Assembly: GCA_042852035.1 (NCBI GenBank)
Contig: BAAFHK010000002.1
Coordinates: forward strand, 120,001 to 152,000
Length of the DNA: 32,000 nt
Source: Candidatus Saccharimonadota bacterium
Lineage (GTDB): Bacteria; Patescibacteriota; Gracilibacteria; BD1-5; UBA2023
Direction of reading: 5' to 3'
Under the pieces are notes generated by a model, which saw nothing but the letters and a program-made list of their open reading frames with translations, did no database searches and was not told where the DNA came from. Both the position numbers and the translations under genes were made by a program. This document shows, in pieces, positions 1 to 9,648 of this stretch. The first letter of the stretch is position 1, and each line of letters begins with the position of its first letter.

Positions 1-3000
1 CATGGTGATGGGCATCTTGGATATCTGGTTTCTACATGGAATGATGGTATAACGGGTTATAATTTTTGAATCAAAGATTCTGATTATTCTTACCAGAGTC
101 GAGGAAAATACACAAGTTACATCCATACGGATAGGAAGCTCTATCTCCCATGAGAAAAAGTTCATATACATGCAATCCTTCGTGAAAATAAAGCATCTTT
201 AACGATTCCAACTACTCCTTTTATTGCAATACTTACCGACCCACTTGGGCGAGAGATACGTAGAGTTTCTGTCAAAACAAATGAGTATGGATCTTTCTCT
301 CTTGATTATGAGCTCCCAAAAGAGGCAACTCTCGGAATGTATAGCATCAACCTCATTACTCCGGATAATACAGAATATGTAGAAAACTCTTGGACGAATT
401 TTCAGGTTGAAGTCTTCAAAAATCCTACATTTACAGCTACGGTTGAGTTAAAGAGTGATGATTTAGAAAATGAAAGCGTAAAAAATCTCATGAAGGTCCC
501 GAATAATGATCCGTACAATCCATGGTATACTGATGCATATATTGGAAACTTTAGTATCGGGGGAATCGTAAAAGCCAAATACTATAATGGTGCAGAAATG
601 AGAAATACGAGCTTTACCTATCGTGTCTATAGAAGCGAATATTATCCTGATGATTATTGGGGGGATTGTTTTTGGTGATGTTACTGGGAGCCACCTCTAG
701 AGCTCTATAGCGAAGGTACTGGAAGTATTGATGGTGATGGCTATGGTGTTATGCGGATCCCAGTAGAATATAAATCATTTTATAGCGACTATAAGTATAC
801 CGTTGAAGTAACAATTAGGGATGCTCTTTCTTGAGAAGAGGTAACAACGCCTTGATCACTTATTGTGAAGCTTCCTTCGACCTATAAGGGATTCTCTCTC
901 GATAACCCTCTCGTATTTACTCCAAAAAAGAAAATCCTAAAAAATACTGAAATGCTTACGGGCGATTTTGCTCCGACTTATGGTAAGTGGGACCAAAGTC
1001 TTGTGAATAAGTATCAGTATGAGATATATAGAAAAGACTATGAAGAGTGATGGGTGGAAGATATTCGTATGGGAAAAACTCGTATAACGACAAGCGAAGA
1101 TGTCCTTATATCGAGTGGGGTTATCGTTAAAAAAGACTTTTCTATAAATATCCCAGCAGCAAAACCAGGAGAATACCACATAAAGGTTCGCCCTGCTTCT
1201 TGAGATGCTCCAGAATCGAGTATATCTGAGACGCTATTCTATATTTCATGAGACAATACAAGCATCAGAGATATGAATCTCAGAGTAATACCAGAAAAGA
1301 CGGTCTATCACAAGGATGAGACAGCGAGAGTTATGATTCAAGTGCCATTTACTGGTTCATATCTCCTTATTACTCAGGAGAAATGAGGTGTTATTCAGAA
1401 AGAATATCTTTACCTTTCGGGAAATACCCTTATGCGTGAGTATAAGGTAGATGATACGATGATTCCAAACTCGTATATATGAGTTGTGGCACTTCGTCCT
1501 TGAATTGGTTGAGATGATACAAGAGGATATGCAGTAGGCTATGGAGAAATTATTACCGATATTTCCGAGAAGAAATCTATCCTGACTATTACTCCAGATA
1601 AAGAGCGTTATAAGAATCGAGATACAGCGAATATTGATCTCACTCTCACAAATAGCTCTTGAAATCCTCTTATTGGGGAAGTGACAGTAATGGTCGTAGA
1701 TGAAAGTCTGATTCGTCTCCTGGGAAATGTCGACCTTGATATTATGCCAAAATTTTATCAAAAGTATCCATTTACCGTGCGTACAGCTCTTACAGCTATT
1801 GGTATCGAACGCTGACAGTTTCTCTCAAGAAAATGATCGAACGGAGGCTGAGGAAGCAAGTGATGAGATGGTTCAGAGATCTCAACTCGAACACTCTTCG
1901 AAAACACAGCCTACTATCATCCTGGAATTGTTACGGACATAAGTGGTAAGGCACGAGTTACCTTTACGCTTCCTGATAACATTACAAACTATCGTATTAT
2001 TGCTATTGCTAATACGAAGGATTCTCATTTTGGAGTAAAAGAGCGTACCATAGAGATTCGGAAGGACTATGTTGTTGAACCAAAACTCCCGATGATTCTA
2101 AGAACGGGAGATACTTTTACAACGATTGTAAGTGCATTTAATAATACGAATAAAATTACTGCTGCGGAAGTTGTTATGACTCTCGGGACAGGAACTTGAA
2201 AGATAGAGAAAAAATCTCCTCTTTCACTAGGTGTTGCGGAGAGAAAAAAGGTGGATTTTAAAATTACTCTTCCAGAAAATTGGAAATGAAGTGTTCCATA
2301 TACGATTCAACTGAAGGAAGGTGATAAGGTACTTGATGGAGTATCTTCAAGTATAAAAATAGCACCGCTTCCATTTCTTACAGATATAGTTCGCGATGTT
2401 CGAGTATTTTCTGGAACAACATTCTCTTACACTCTCCCAGAGATTAAAATATCTGATGCAGACAAGGCAAAGTCACGAGTTAGTATTATGGTAGCGAGCT
2501 CTTATGCCTCTGAATGGAAGAACTGACTGGATTCACTCATTACGTATCCATATGGTTGTATCGAACAGACAATTGCTTCTACACTTCCAAATCGAGTAGC
2601 TTTGAGTCTTACCTGAGTCGTATCATGAAATTTTGATACTCAAAAAGCTCGTGAAAATGTCGCAAATGGTCTCGCAAAGATAGTGCGAATGCAGCATGTA
2701 ACTGGTGGTTGGACATATTGGGAAGGGGATCAGAATGTAGAATCACATATTACTCCATATGTAGTTCGATCGCTCGTACTTTTCCGTGAGCTTTGAGAAA
2801 AAATTCCAGATGAGGTGTTTACCAATGCTGTGAGCTATATCATTGCTAATGAGTATGAATATCAAAAGGATATGGATACCTATGCGGAGGCGGTTTGGAC
2901 TCTTGCTCTTCTCAAAAATGAGAATGCTCTCAATTGGTGGAGTAAGGTAGATAGTTCAAAACTTTCACGTCACGGATACTTGGCATATCTTTGGGCATCA

Positions 3001-3960
3001 CAGAAGCTCGGTAAATACTCCCTTGAAAATGAAAAGATTTTTATGGATAAGCTTTCAACCTCAAATGAATCAAGTTGGTATTGGTCATCTCGATCTGATC
3101 AGGCTCTCTTTGTTCAGCTCCTTTTTGAACGAAACGAAAGGGAGAAGGCACTTCGTTATCTTGATCCACTCATGCGATATGCTAATTTTGATAGTTTCTA
3201 TGTTTCTACGCAGGAAAAGATACAAGTTCTTCTTGCTCTTCTTGGAGAGTCTCGAGGAATCCAGAAACTTAAGAATCCAGAAACAATAGCACTTCGAGGT
3301 GATACGATAATTTCTGATATTTCAGTTTCACCAGATAGATCTTCGAATACTATGGATACAAATCGAGAAAAAATAGGTCCTTCCTATAGCCTTAAACGAT
3401 CAAATGGTGCAACTCCTCTTATTGTTACTACTCGTATTCAAGATATTCCAAAGGATCTCTCAAAGCTTCCTGCTTATAGCACTGGTTGAATAAAAATCAC
3501 TCGCACGTTTGATCTTATCGATGAATCAAAGGGGCTTGATAAGAATAATAACTTTGTTTCCGTGACTCAGATTAAAGATTTCACCTTTCAAAAGGGGAAA
3601 CTCTATCGAGTAACACTCACGGCTTCGATAGATCGTAAAAGCGATGAATATTGGTATAATCTTGCTATCGAAGATTTCTTCCCAGGTGCATGGAGACCGA
3701 TTAATCAAAATTTCAAGACCGAATCAAGTCTTATGGATAATGTTCAGAATAATGAATATTGGTGGACATATACGGAATCAAAAGAAGATCGATTACTGGT
3801 ACATATGAATTATGGCTGGGGAAATACAAGAAAATATGTCTACTATTTTCGACCGGAGCTTGTAGGAAGTTATCTTTTGCCCCCTGCAACAACCTACTAT
3901 ATGTATAATCCTGATATTCATGCTTATACAGAGTATGCTCAGGTTAAAGTAGTAGAATAG
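1..3960 (+). CDS. Alpha-2-macroglobulin family protein, 5' partial (thioester-containing, YfhM-like)
   Basis: Frame 1 is open from position 1 to TAG 3958-3960 once TGA is read as Gly. It has the bait/MG-domain signature [14 protein letters not shown]. It has the A2M domain [41 protein letters not shown]. An intact thioester motif YPYGCIEQT is present (CIEQ at 2557-2568). The standard-code track breaks it into at least 6 pieces. Confidence 0.9.
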
Positions 3961-4064
3961 ATGGATTGGGAATACATGACATTTTACACAGAGTACTTCT
4001 TATAAAATATTCTCGCTTTTCTGCTAAAAGTTTCTATACTAAAGTTATCTTCAATTTATCGCAT

Positions 4065-4511
4065 ATGAAATGTCCAAAATGTAAAAATCTTGATACTAAA
4101 GTTATCGATTCCCGAAGCACTGAAGACGGCAAGGCGATACGCCGTAGACGTGAGTGCGAGAAGTGTTGAGCTCGTTTCACGAGCTTTGAGCGTCTTGAAT
4201 TCGTTTCTTTTATGGTGACGAAATCAAGCGGAGAAAGTGAGCCATATGATAGAACAAAAGTCGTAAACTCTATGATGAAAGCGCTTACAAAAAGAACTTT
4301 TAATCCCGAAAAACTCGAAGATATGATCAATGCTCTTGAGAATGAGTGGGCTCAGAATAAACAGGGAATCACCTCAAAAAGGATAGGTCGTGATATTCTG
4401 CGTAAACTTCGAGATCTTGATGAAGTTGCATTCCTTCGATACGCGTCAATTTACCATAATCACGAAAGCGTGAAAGGCTTTATTAAATTTCTCGAAGAAG
4501 AATTGGGTTAA
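4065..4511 (+). CDS. nrdR: Transcriptional repressor NrdR (Zn ribbon + ATP-cone)
   Basis: [34 protein letters not shown]-[TGA=G][10 protein letters not shown], followed by an ATP-cone. 148 aa, TAA stop. The TGA at 4167-4169 sits on the conserved Gly after the second CxxC. Confidence 0.93.
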
Positions 4512-4516
4512 AACAT

Positions 4517-5068
4517 ATGAAATGACAGCTTTTAGAGGGCAAACATATCCGACTTCGTCTCATGTGTGAGGATGATTTTCCTTATCTAATCGAGGCAAAC
4601 CATGATCCAGATATAGAGCAACTCGCTGGATGAATTTATCCGATGTATGCAGAAGAACTTAAAGAATTCTATGAAAATGAACAGAAGGATGGCGCAATGT
4701 GTTTTATGATTGAAAATAAAAAAACATGAGAAATAATTGGAGAGGTTGGACTTCATGAGATTCGCCAATGAGATAAGACAGCTGAAGTGAGCATTACTAT
4801 TTTCAAAAAATTGAACCAGAATAAATGATATGGTTCAGACGCTCTGGATGCTCTTCTTCGATATGCATTTTATGGACTTTCTTTGCGAAAACTTATAGCA
4901 TGGATTTATGCTCCAAATGAAAGATCTATCGGGCTTTTTAAGAAATTCTGATTTAGCCTCTCAGGAAGTCTCAAGGCACATAGGCTGTATAGAGGGAGAT
5001 ATGAAGATACTCTTATTTATGAAAAATTTCGAAGTGAGACCTACGCTAATTTTTTAGGAGATGAATAA
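4517..5068 (+). CDS. GNAT family N-acetyltransferase (RimJ/RimL-like)
   Basis: 183 aa. The N-terminus LEGKHIRLRLMCEDDFPYL is typical of RimJ/L-type GNATs. The acetyl-CoA motif NQNK-[TGA=G]-YGSDAL is present, with 6 in-frame TGA. The stop overlaps the next start (ATGAATAA). Confidence 0.8.
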
Positions 5069-6053
5069 TTTAGCTGAATCTTCTTCATCTGTTACGGTTA
5101 TTCCTCTTGGAGATACGATATTTCGAGGAACTCTTATCTCTTATGAGCTCGCTCAAATAATCGAGTGATCAAAAGGAGATAATTCTATCCTATTTTTTTA
5201 TAATAGAAGATGATCTGGGAGAGCCTGGATATGTAAGGATTGTGGATATTTCTCGAAATGTCCAAATTGTGATATTGCTCTCGCATATCATGGATATCCT
5301 CATAAACAACTTGTTTGTCATCACTGTAATTTTCGTAGTGAAATAATTCTTTCCTGTCCTTTATGTAGAGGGGTTGAATTTCAGGAAGTTTGAATTGGAA
5401 TACAAAAGATAGTAAGCGATCTCGAAAGAAACTTTCCAAATCGAAAAATCCTTCGCATAGACTCTGATTCAAATGATAAAAAATCCGTTCTTCATAAAAA
5501 AATAGATTGATGTCAGCTCATCGTTTCGACCTATGCTGGGATTAGTCTTGTTCACTCAGAGAATGTAGGAGCAGTGGTATTTCTTCTTTTTGAATCGGAC
5601 TTAACACTTCCAGACTATCGTATGGAAGAGGATCTCTATCATACCCTTGAATATGCTAAAAAATCCTGAAAGGAAATGTATATTCAAACCTATGTCCCAG
5701 AACATCCACTTCTTACCACTCTTACAGAAGGGAATTATCGAGATTTTCTTCATTATATAAGCGAAGAGAGAAAAAAATTTTCATATCCTCCGTATGTTGA
5801 TTATGTAACTATTCGTATCCATGATGTTTCCAGGGATAAGCTTGAAAATATGAAAAATAAACTTATCAATAAGATAATCACCCTTCAGGATGGCACCAAT
5901 ATTGCCTTTTTTGATTATGGTGCAATCGAAAAATATCAATGAGAATGGGTAGTAAAAATATTTCTTAAGTGAAACAAAATAGAGAACTTCCTCAGTCAAT
6001 TTGAGGTTGAGCTGTTAAAAAATCGCAGCATTACCCTTGACTGGAACTCATAG
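5061..6053 (+). CDS. priA: PriA (primosomal protein N') C-terminal remnant: Cys-rich Zn region + C-terminal domain, no helicase lobe 1
   Basis: 330 aa, collinear with roughly the last 310 residues of E. coli PriA. It has FFYNRRGSGRAWICKDCGY and four CxxC pairs (CKDC, CPNC, CHHC, CPLC), then GIGIQKI, PEHPLL and YPPY. There is no Walker A/B region. Motif V/VI equivalents are degenerate (STYAGIS, EYAKKSGKE). Confidence 0.8.
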
Positions 6054-6055
6054 AT

Positions 6056-7747
6056 TTATACTGGAATATCATCTTTTTTGCTGATACTCCAAACAAGTAC
6101 CGATAAGATTACTATACCAAAAAGGATAAAAAACCCAGAGTAATTTACGATTCAAAGTATAACACCACCGAGGACTAATCCAATGACGTTCGCAGCATTC
6201 TGTAGGATTTTCATAGGTCATGCAGAAGCGTTAGAGTCAATCTCTTGAAGTCGCATAGTCTTCGCATATATTTTATTATAATTATCGAGAAATTGATTTT
6301 GTCAGAGGGCCATTCCACAGGCATACCCAACACTATTTATAATTGCGAGAGCAATAAGTACAATTGATCGTGGTCCAAATTCTGTTCCATATCATATAGA
6401 TACAAGTCACATACCGATAAGCGAGACACCAGAAAGTCAGAGTCAAAAGAATGCTACGGTTTTGATACCAATTTTATCCGCAAGTTTTCAGGCGATTTCT
6501 TGGAGTCAAAGCGCTGGTATAGCAATAAAAGCAAGGAGGATGTATGCTGTTTTTTCTGTGCCTATTTTTGCAAGGAATTCTATAAGAAATGTTGAGGCAA
6601 ATGTATCCCAAAATCAAAAAATAAGAACAAGAGACATAGTCCAGTATATTACCAAATATATTGGAGTATGGAGCATGATATTCTTAATAACTGCTGCTGT
6701 ATTTTTTGTTTCCAGGAGGAGCTCTTTCCATTTTAATGGGTTAGTCTCTTTTTGTTTTGGTTTAATAAAGATATATTTTGCTGACTCTACAACCTTCTGC
6801 AGATCGATGGCATTTATTTTCTCAGATATGTACTCAGCAACATTTTCCTTATTTAATTTTTTGATTCCAATAGTAAAAGAAGTTATATCAGATATCGAGA
6901 TACTTTCATCAGAATTATCAAAGAATCGGCTTGTAAAGAAGAGGAATCCTGCAATGATAATCCCAAGAACAATAACGGCAAACGTCGGATTGACCGAAAG
7001 AATAAAGCCTGAAAGAACAAGACCCATGAGAGATCCCAATCCATAAGTAATATTGTTTCTTGCAAGAATCTTTCCATATTCGCTTGGATGCGCATGGGAA
7101 AGTATATATCAATAGGTAGAGATATCATTAATTTCTTTTGTTAGACCATAACAAATCGATGCTATGACTATGAGGACCCAGTTGAGTGCATTATCAAAAA
7201 ACCATCCCCATATGGAGCTAAAACCATCAGGAATTATGGTTTTTCCAGTAACTTCAACCACGCTAAATACGTTGTATATAAAGTTAAAAAATATCCCGAC
7301 AGCTATTAATTGAGATATGGCCGCGATGATAAAAAGTTTTTTTGTTGAATAATATCTCTGAAGAATTCCAACAGGGATATCTAGGAGAAATGCAATCGCA
7401 TTAGCAATTCAAAGAAATATTCCTACAAGAGCTACCTTTTTCAGCTGAAAGGTAAAAAAGAATACCATAGAAAAGTGAAATATCATCCAAACAAATCCTT
7501 GGAATGCATTTGTAAGATAAAAATTTCTTAATTTATGTCCCTCAAAAGCATTATTTGCAGAAATAACAATAACATCTTCTAGATGTTCGGTCGCAGTTGT
7601 GATTCATTCCTCACTTCAGTTTTCTTCTCCTTTTTTCTTATCGGTACTCTCATAGGCTATCGTATCCTCATTTATCTTTAGAGGATCTGGGCTACTTGGG
7701 TTTGATGTGATTTCTTCCTGAGGGGAAGATTCATTTTCGAGAGGCAT
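6056..7747 (-). CDS. Polytopic membrane protein, probable MFS-type transporter with long central loop
   Basis: 563 codons open in code 25. I checked every tta/cta in the interval and none is in frame. It has an acidic N-terminus, then hydrophobic helices. An MFS motif-A-like stretch PVGILQRYYSTKKLFII is present. A soluble insert of about 90 aa separates two hydrophobic halves. TAA stop at 6056-6058. Confidence 0.55.
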
Positions 7748-7896
7748 AATGAATGAAAAAATAAGCCGAGAGCGGCCTATATATTATCATGGGTCACTTC
7801 TTTACGTGTTCCTGACCAGGGAACAATATTACGATACAACGAATCTTATTTTTTTGCAAAGAATTGCTCTTGCAGGAAGTAAAGTTTTATGTAGGG

Positions 7897-8274
7897 CTAT
7901 TCATCTGGTATTTGGCCAATACCTCGTATGAGGTTAAGTTTTTGAGATTGTTGGTATTTTTGGACTCATTCAAGTTCGAGACGGACCTGCTTGTGTCTTT
8001 GAAAGCGTTCGATTTCTTTCGCGGCATCATAATGATTTTTTACATCCTTAAGTGTATCAGCAAGTTCGAGCACCCGATCAAGGATAGCTCGGTTATTCGC
8101 ATCAATTTCTTTTCGCGCCATAACCATCTCCACGATATATATATCCCAGTTATCGAGAATATACTGTTGTCGATCAGGAGTAAGTGCATGAAAAATCACT
8201 GCTATATTATGGCAATCTTCTTCTGAAAGTGGGCACCTGTCCAAGAGTGTCTGGAGACGAGTATTCGGCGGCAT
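7897..8274 (-). CDS. Hypothetical protein (orphan, 125 aa in code 25; 102 aa if the TGA at 7966-7968 terminated)
   Basis: ATG at 8272-8274. The ORF MPPNTRLQTLLDRCPLSEEDCHNIAVIF... is predicted helical, with no motif I recognise. The first TAA/TAG in frame is TAG at 7897-7899. Confidence 0.55.
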
Positions 8275-8292
8275 AAGGCGGTACGGTCGAAT

Positions 8293-8327
8293 AAAAAAAC
8301 CAATACTTTTTATTGTATCGGTTTTTT
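8293..8327 (-). terminator. Rho-independent terminator-like hairpin between the two orphan genes
   Basis: On the minus strand: A-run, ACCGATAC, 8-nt loop, GTATTGGT (8 bp including one G-U), then TTTTTTT. It lies 20 nt after the TAG of the upstream gene. Confidence 0.55.
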
Positions 8328-8347
8328 GATATTTGCAAGGATATATT

Positions 8348-8668
8348 CTACGCTGCTAATAGTTCCTCACTATCGTTAGCTCACTTTCTTCATGTATCTG
8401 CTATTTTTCCAACTCTTCCATCTTGTAACATAACTCGACTGATTCGTATGCTAAATTCATTCTGTCCGTTGAGTATAGCTTCTACTTCTTCTTTTAATAC
8501 AGGGATAAAGCTTCTTCGTACATCTGGCGTCATCTGTGCTACAATAGCGTGAAGTCGATCAACTACTGGGAGCATTTTTTCTGGAAGACGAGAGAGAAGC
8601 TTCTGTGCTTCTGTAAGGGAGGGATCCTCTCTTCCTAAATCGAGATGATTGAGTGTACGGTGGTTCAT
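8348..8668 (-). CDS. Hypothetical protein (orphan, 106 aa in code 25; 92 aa if the TGA at 8390-8392 terminated)
   Basis: ATG at 8666-8668. The ORF MNHRTLNHLDLGREDPSLTEAQKLL... has no recognised motif. The first TAA/TAG in frame is TAG at 8348-8350. Confidence 0.55.
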
Positions 8669-8674
8669 AATCGT

Positions 8675-8703
8675 ATAATACTGTAATTTCCCAGAAATTG
8701 CAA
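8675..8703 (-). promoter_or_regulatory. Sigma-70-like promoter TTGCAA-17-TATTAT ending 6 nt before the ATG (leaderless geometry)
   Basis: Minus strand reads TTGCAA (8698-8703), a 17-nt spacer, TATTAT (8675-8680), ACGATT, then ATG (8666-8668). No SD-like sequence is present. Confidence 0.4.
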
Positions 8704-8832
8704 ATTTTATAAATATTTTTATAAAAAAAGCAAGTCATTTTCTCAAAAATGATTGGCAGATTATGGGAGTTTTTTAGGATTTTGCAAGAGATTTTCAATT
8801 TTTCCTCTCCTTCTTCACTTAAGGAGAAAGAC

Positions 8833-9558
8833 TTATAACTGATTCCTTAATGCATCTATCATTGGTTTTAGACTTTCTGGAATGTCTCTTGGCATTTTTG
8901 CATCGACAATCACATACATATCTCACGTTTTTCCTTCACTTATTCGACCTTTTCCACTAATCTTAAACTTTGTTCCGGGTTTTGTTCAGGCTTTTACTTT
9001 GAGAGTAAGATGCTTTCCATAGACCGTTCGTACATCCAAAGATGTATCATAGAGAAAATCTAAGAAGGGGATTTCCATGGTTTCGATAACATCGAGGCTT
9101 GTTTCTTCTTTCCTCTTCTGTGGTTCATTATAAACCTCATCCTCCTCATATGGATTTCTTCGAGATTTTCCTCATCCCATCCCAGAGAGTATATCTCAAA
9201 AATCGAACTCAAATCATTGATTTCCTCAATTTCATAATCCAAACTGACGGAAAATATCTTCGAATCAGCCATATCACGTTCCATTGGTTTTGTATCCAGA
9301 TCAAAAAGGATTGCCAGATCACATTCCTCAAAAAGGATTTCCGTCAGCGGATCAGAATTGATCGTAATTCTTTTTCTTTGTGCTATCTGAGAGTGTTTGA
9401 TAGGCTTCATTAATCTCCTTAAATTTTTCCTCAGCCTTTTTATCCCCCTTGTTTCTATCAGGGTGATACTGCATGGCAAGTTTTTTGTATGCCTTTTTAA
9501 TCTCGGCTTCAGTTGCTGATTTTTGTACTCCGAGAATGTCATAATAATTTTTACTCAT
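8833..9558 (-). CDS. J-domain co-chaperone (DnaJ/CbpA-like): J domain + G/F linker + single C-terminal substrate-binding domain, no zinc finger
   Basis: 241 aa. The J domain reads [35 protein letters not shown]. The G/F linker is rich in G, F, N and S. The C-terminal part reads [37 protein letters not shown]. There are 13 in-frame TGA, 11 of them inside the G/F linker (9172-9354). The 160-aa track ORF at 9060-9542 is in the wrong frame. Confidence 0.85.
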
Positions 9559-9564
9559 ACCAAT

Positions 9565-9592
9565 ATTTTATAAAAAAAATAGCACCTGTCAA
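9565..9592 (-). promoter_or_regulatory. Sigma-70-like promoter TTGACA-16-TAAAAT ending 6 nt before the J-protein ATG
   Basis: Minus strand reads TTGACA (9587-9592), a 16-nt spacer, TAAAAT (9565-9570), ATTGGT, then ATG (9556-9558). Confidence 0.45.
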
Positions 9593-9605
9593 AGGATGGT
9601 GCTAT
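9579..9605. promoter_or_regulatory. CIRCE-like inverted repeat (candidate HrcA operator) overlapping the J-protein promoter
   Basis: ATAGCACCT-N9-TGGTGCTAT has 9-N9-9 geometry with core TAGCAC/GTGCTA. The CIRCE consensus is TTAGCACTC-N9-GAGTGCTAA. The -35 hexamer lies in the spacer and one arm lies between -35 and -10. Confidence 0.45.
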
Positions 9606-9648
9606 TTTTCTTACTTGCTCAGAAGAACTATTTCTATAATATTATTCT

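Noticed and set aside
6462-7046. 194-aa plus-strand ORF
   Set aside because: It is antisense to the 563-codon membrane-protein gene, which is continuously open in code 25. Its composition is low-complexity and it has no recognisable motif.
7748-7896. Possible riboswitch or ncRNA in the 150-nt leader of the transporter gene
   Set aside because: Only short 4-5 bp hairpins are present (GTTCC-N7-GGAAC, GCCG-CTCT-CGGC plus a U-run). It has no resemblance to any riboswitch core I know, so the evidence is insufficient.
8800-8832. Hairpin TCTCCTT-N8-AAGGAGA after the J-protein stop as a terminator
   Set aside because: On the transcribed (minus) strand it is followed by an A-rich sequence rather than a U-rich one, so it does not fit an intrinsic terminator.
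9060-9542. 160-aa minus-strand ORF overlapping the J-domain ORF
   Set aside because: It is the wrong frame of the J-protein gene. The J-domain frame continues through UGA codons into a canonical G/F linker and DnaJ C-terminal domain.
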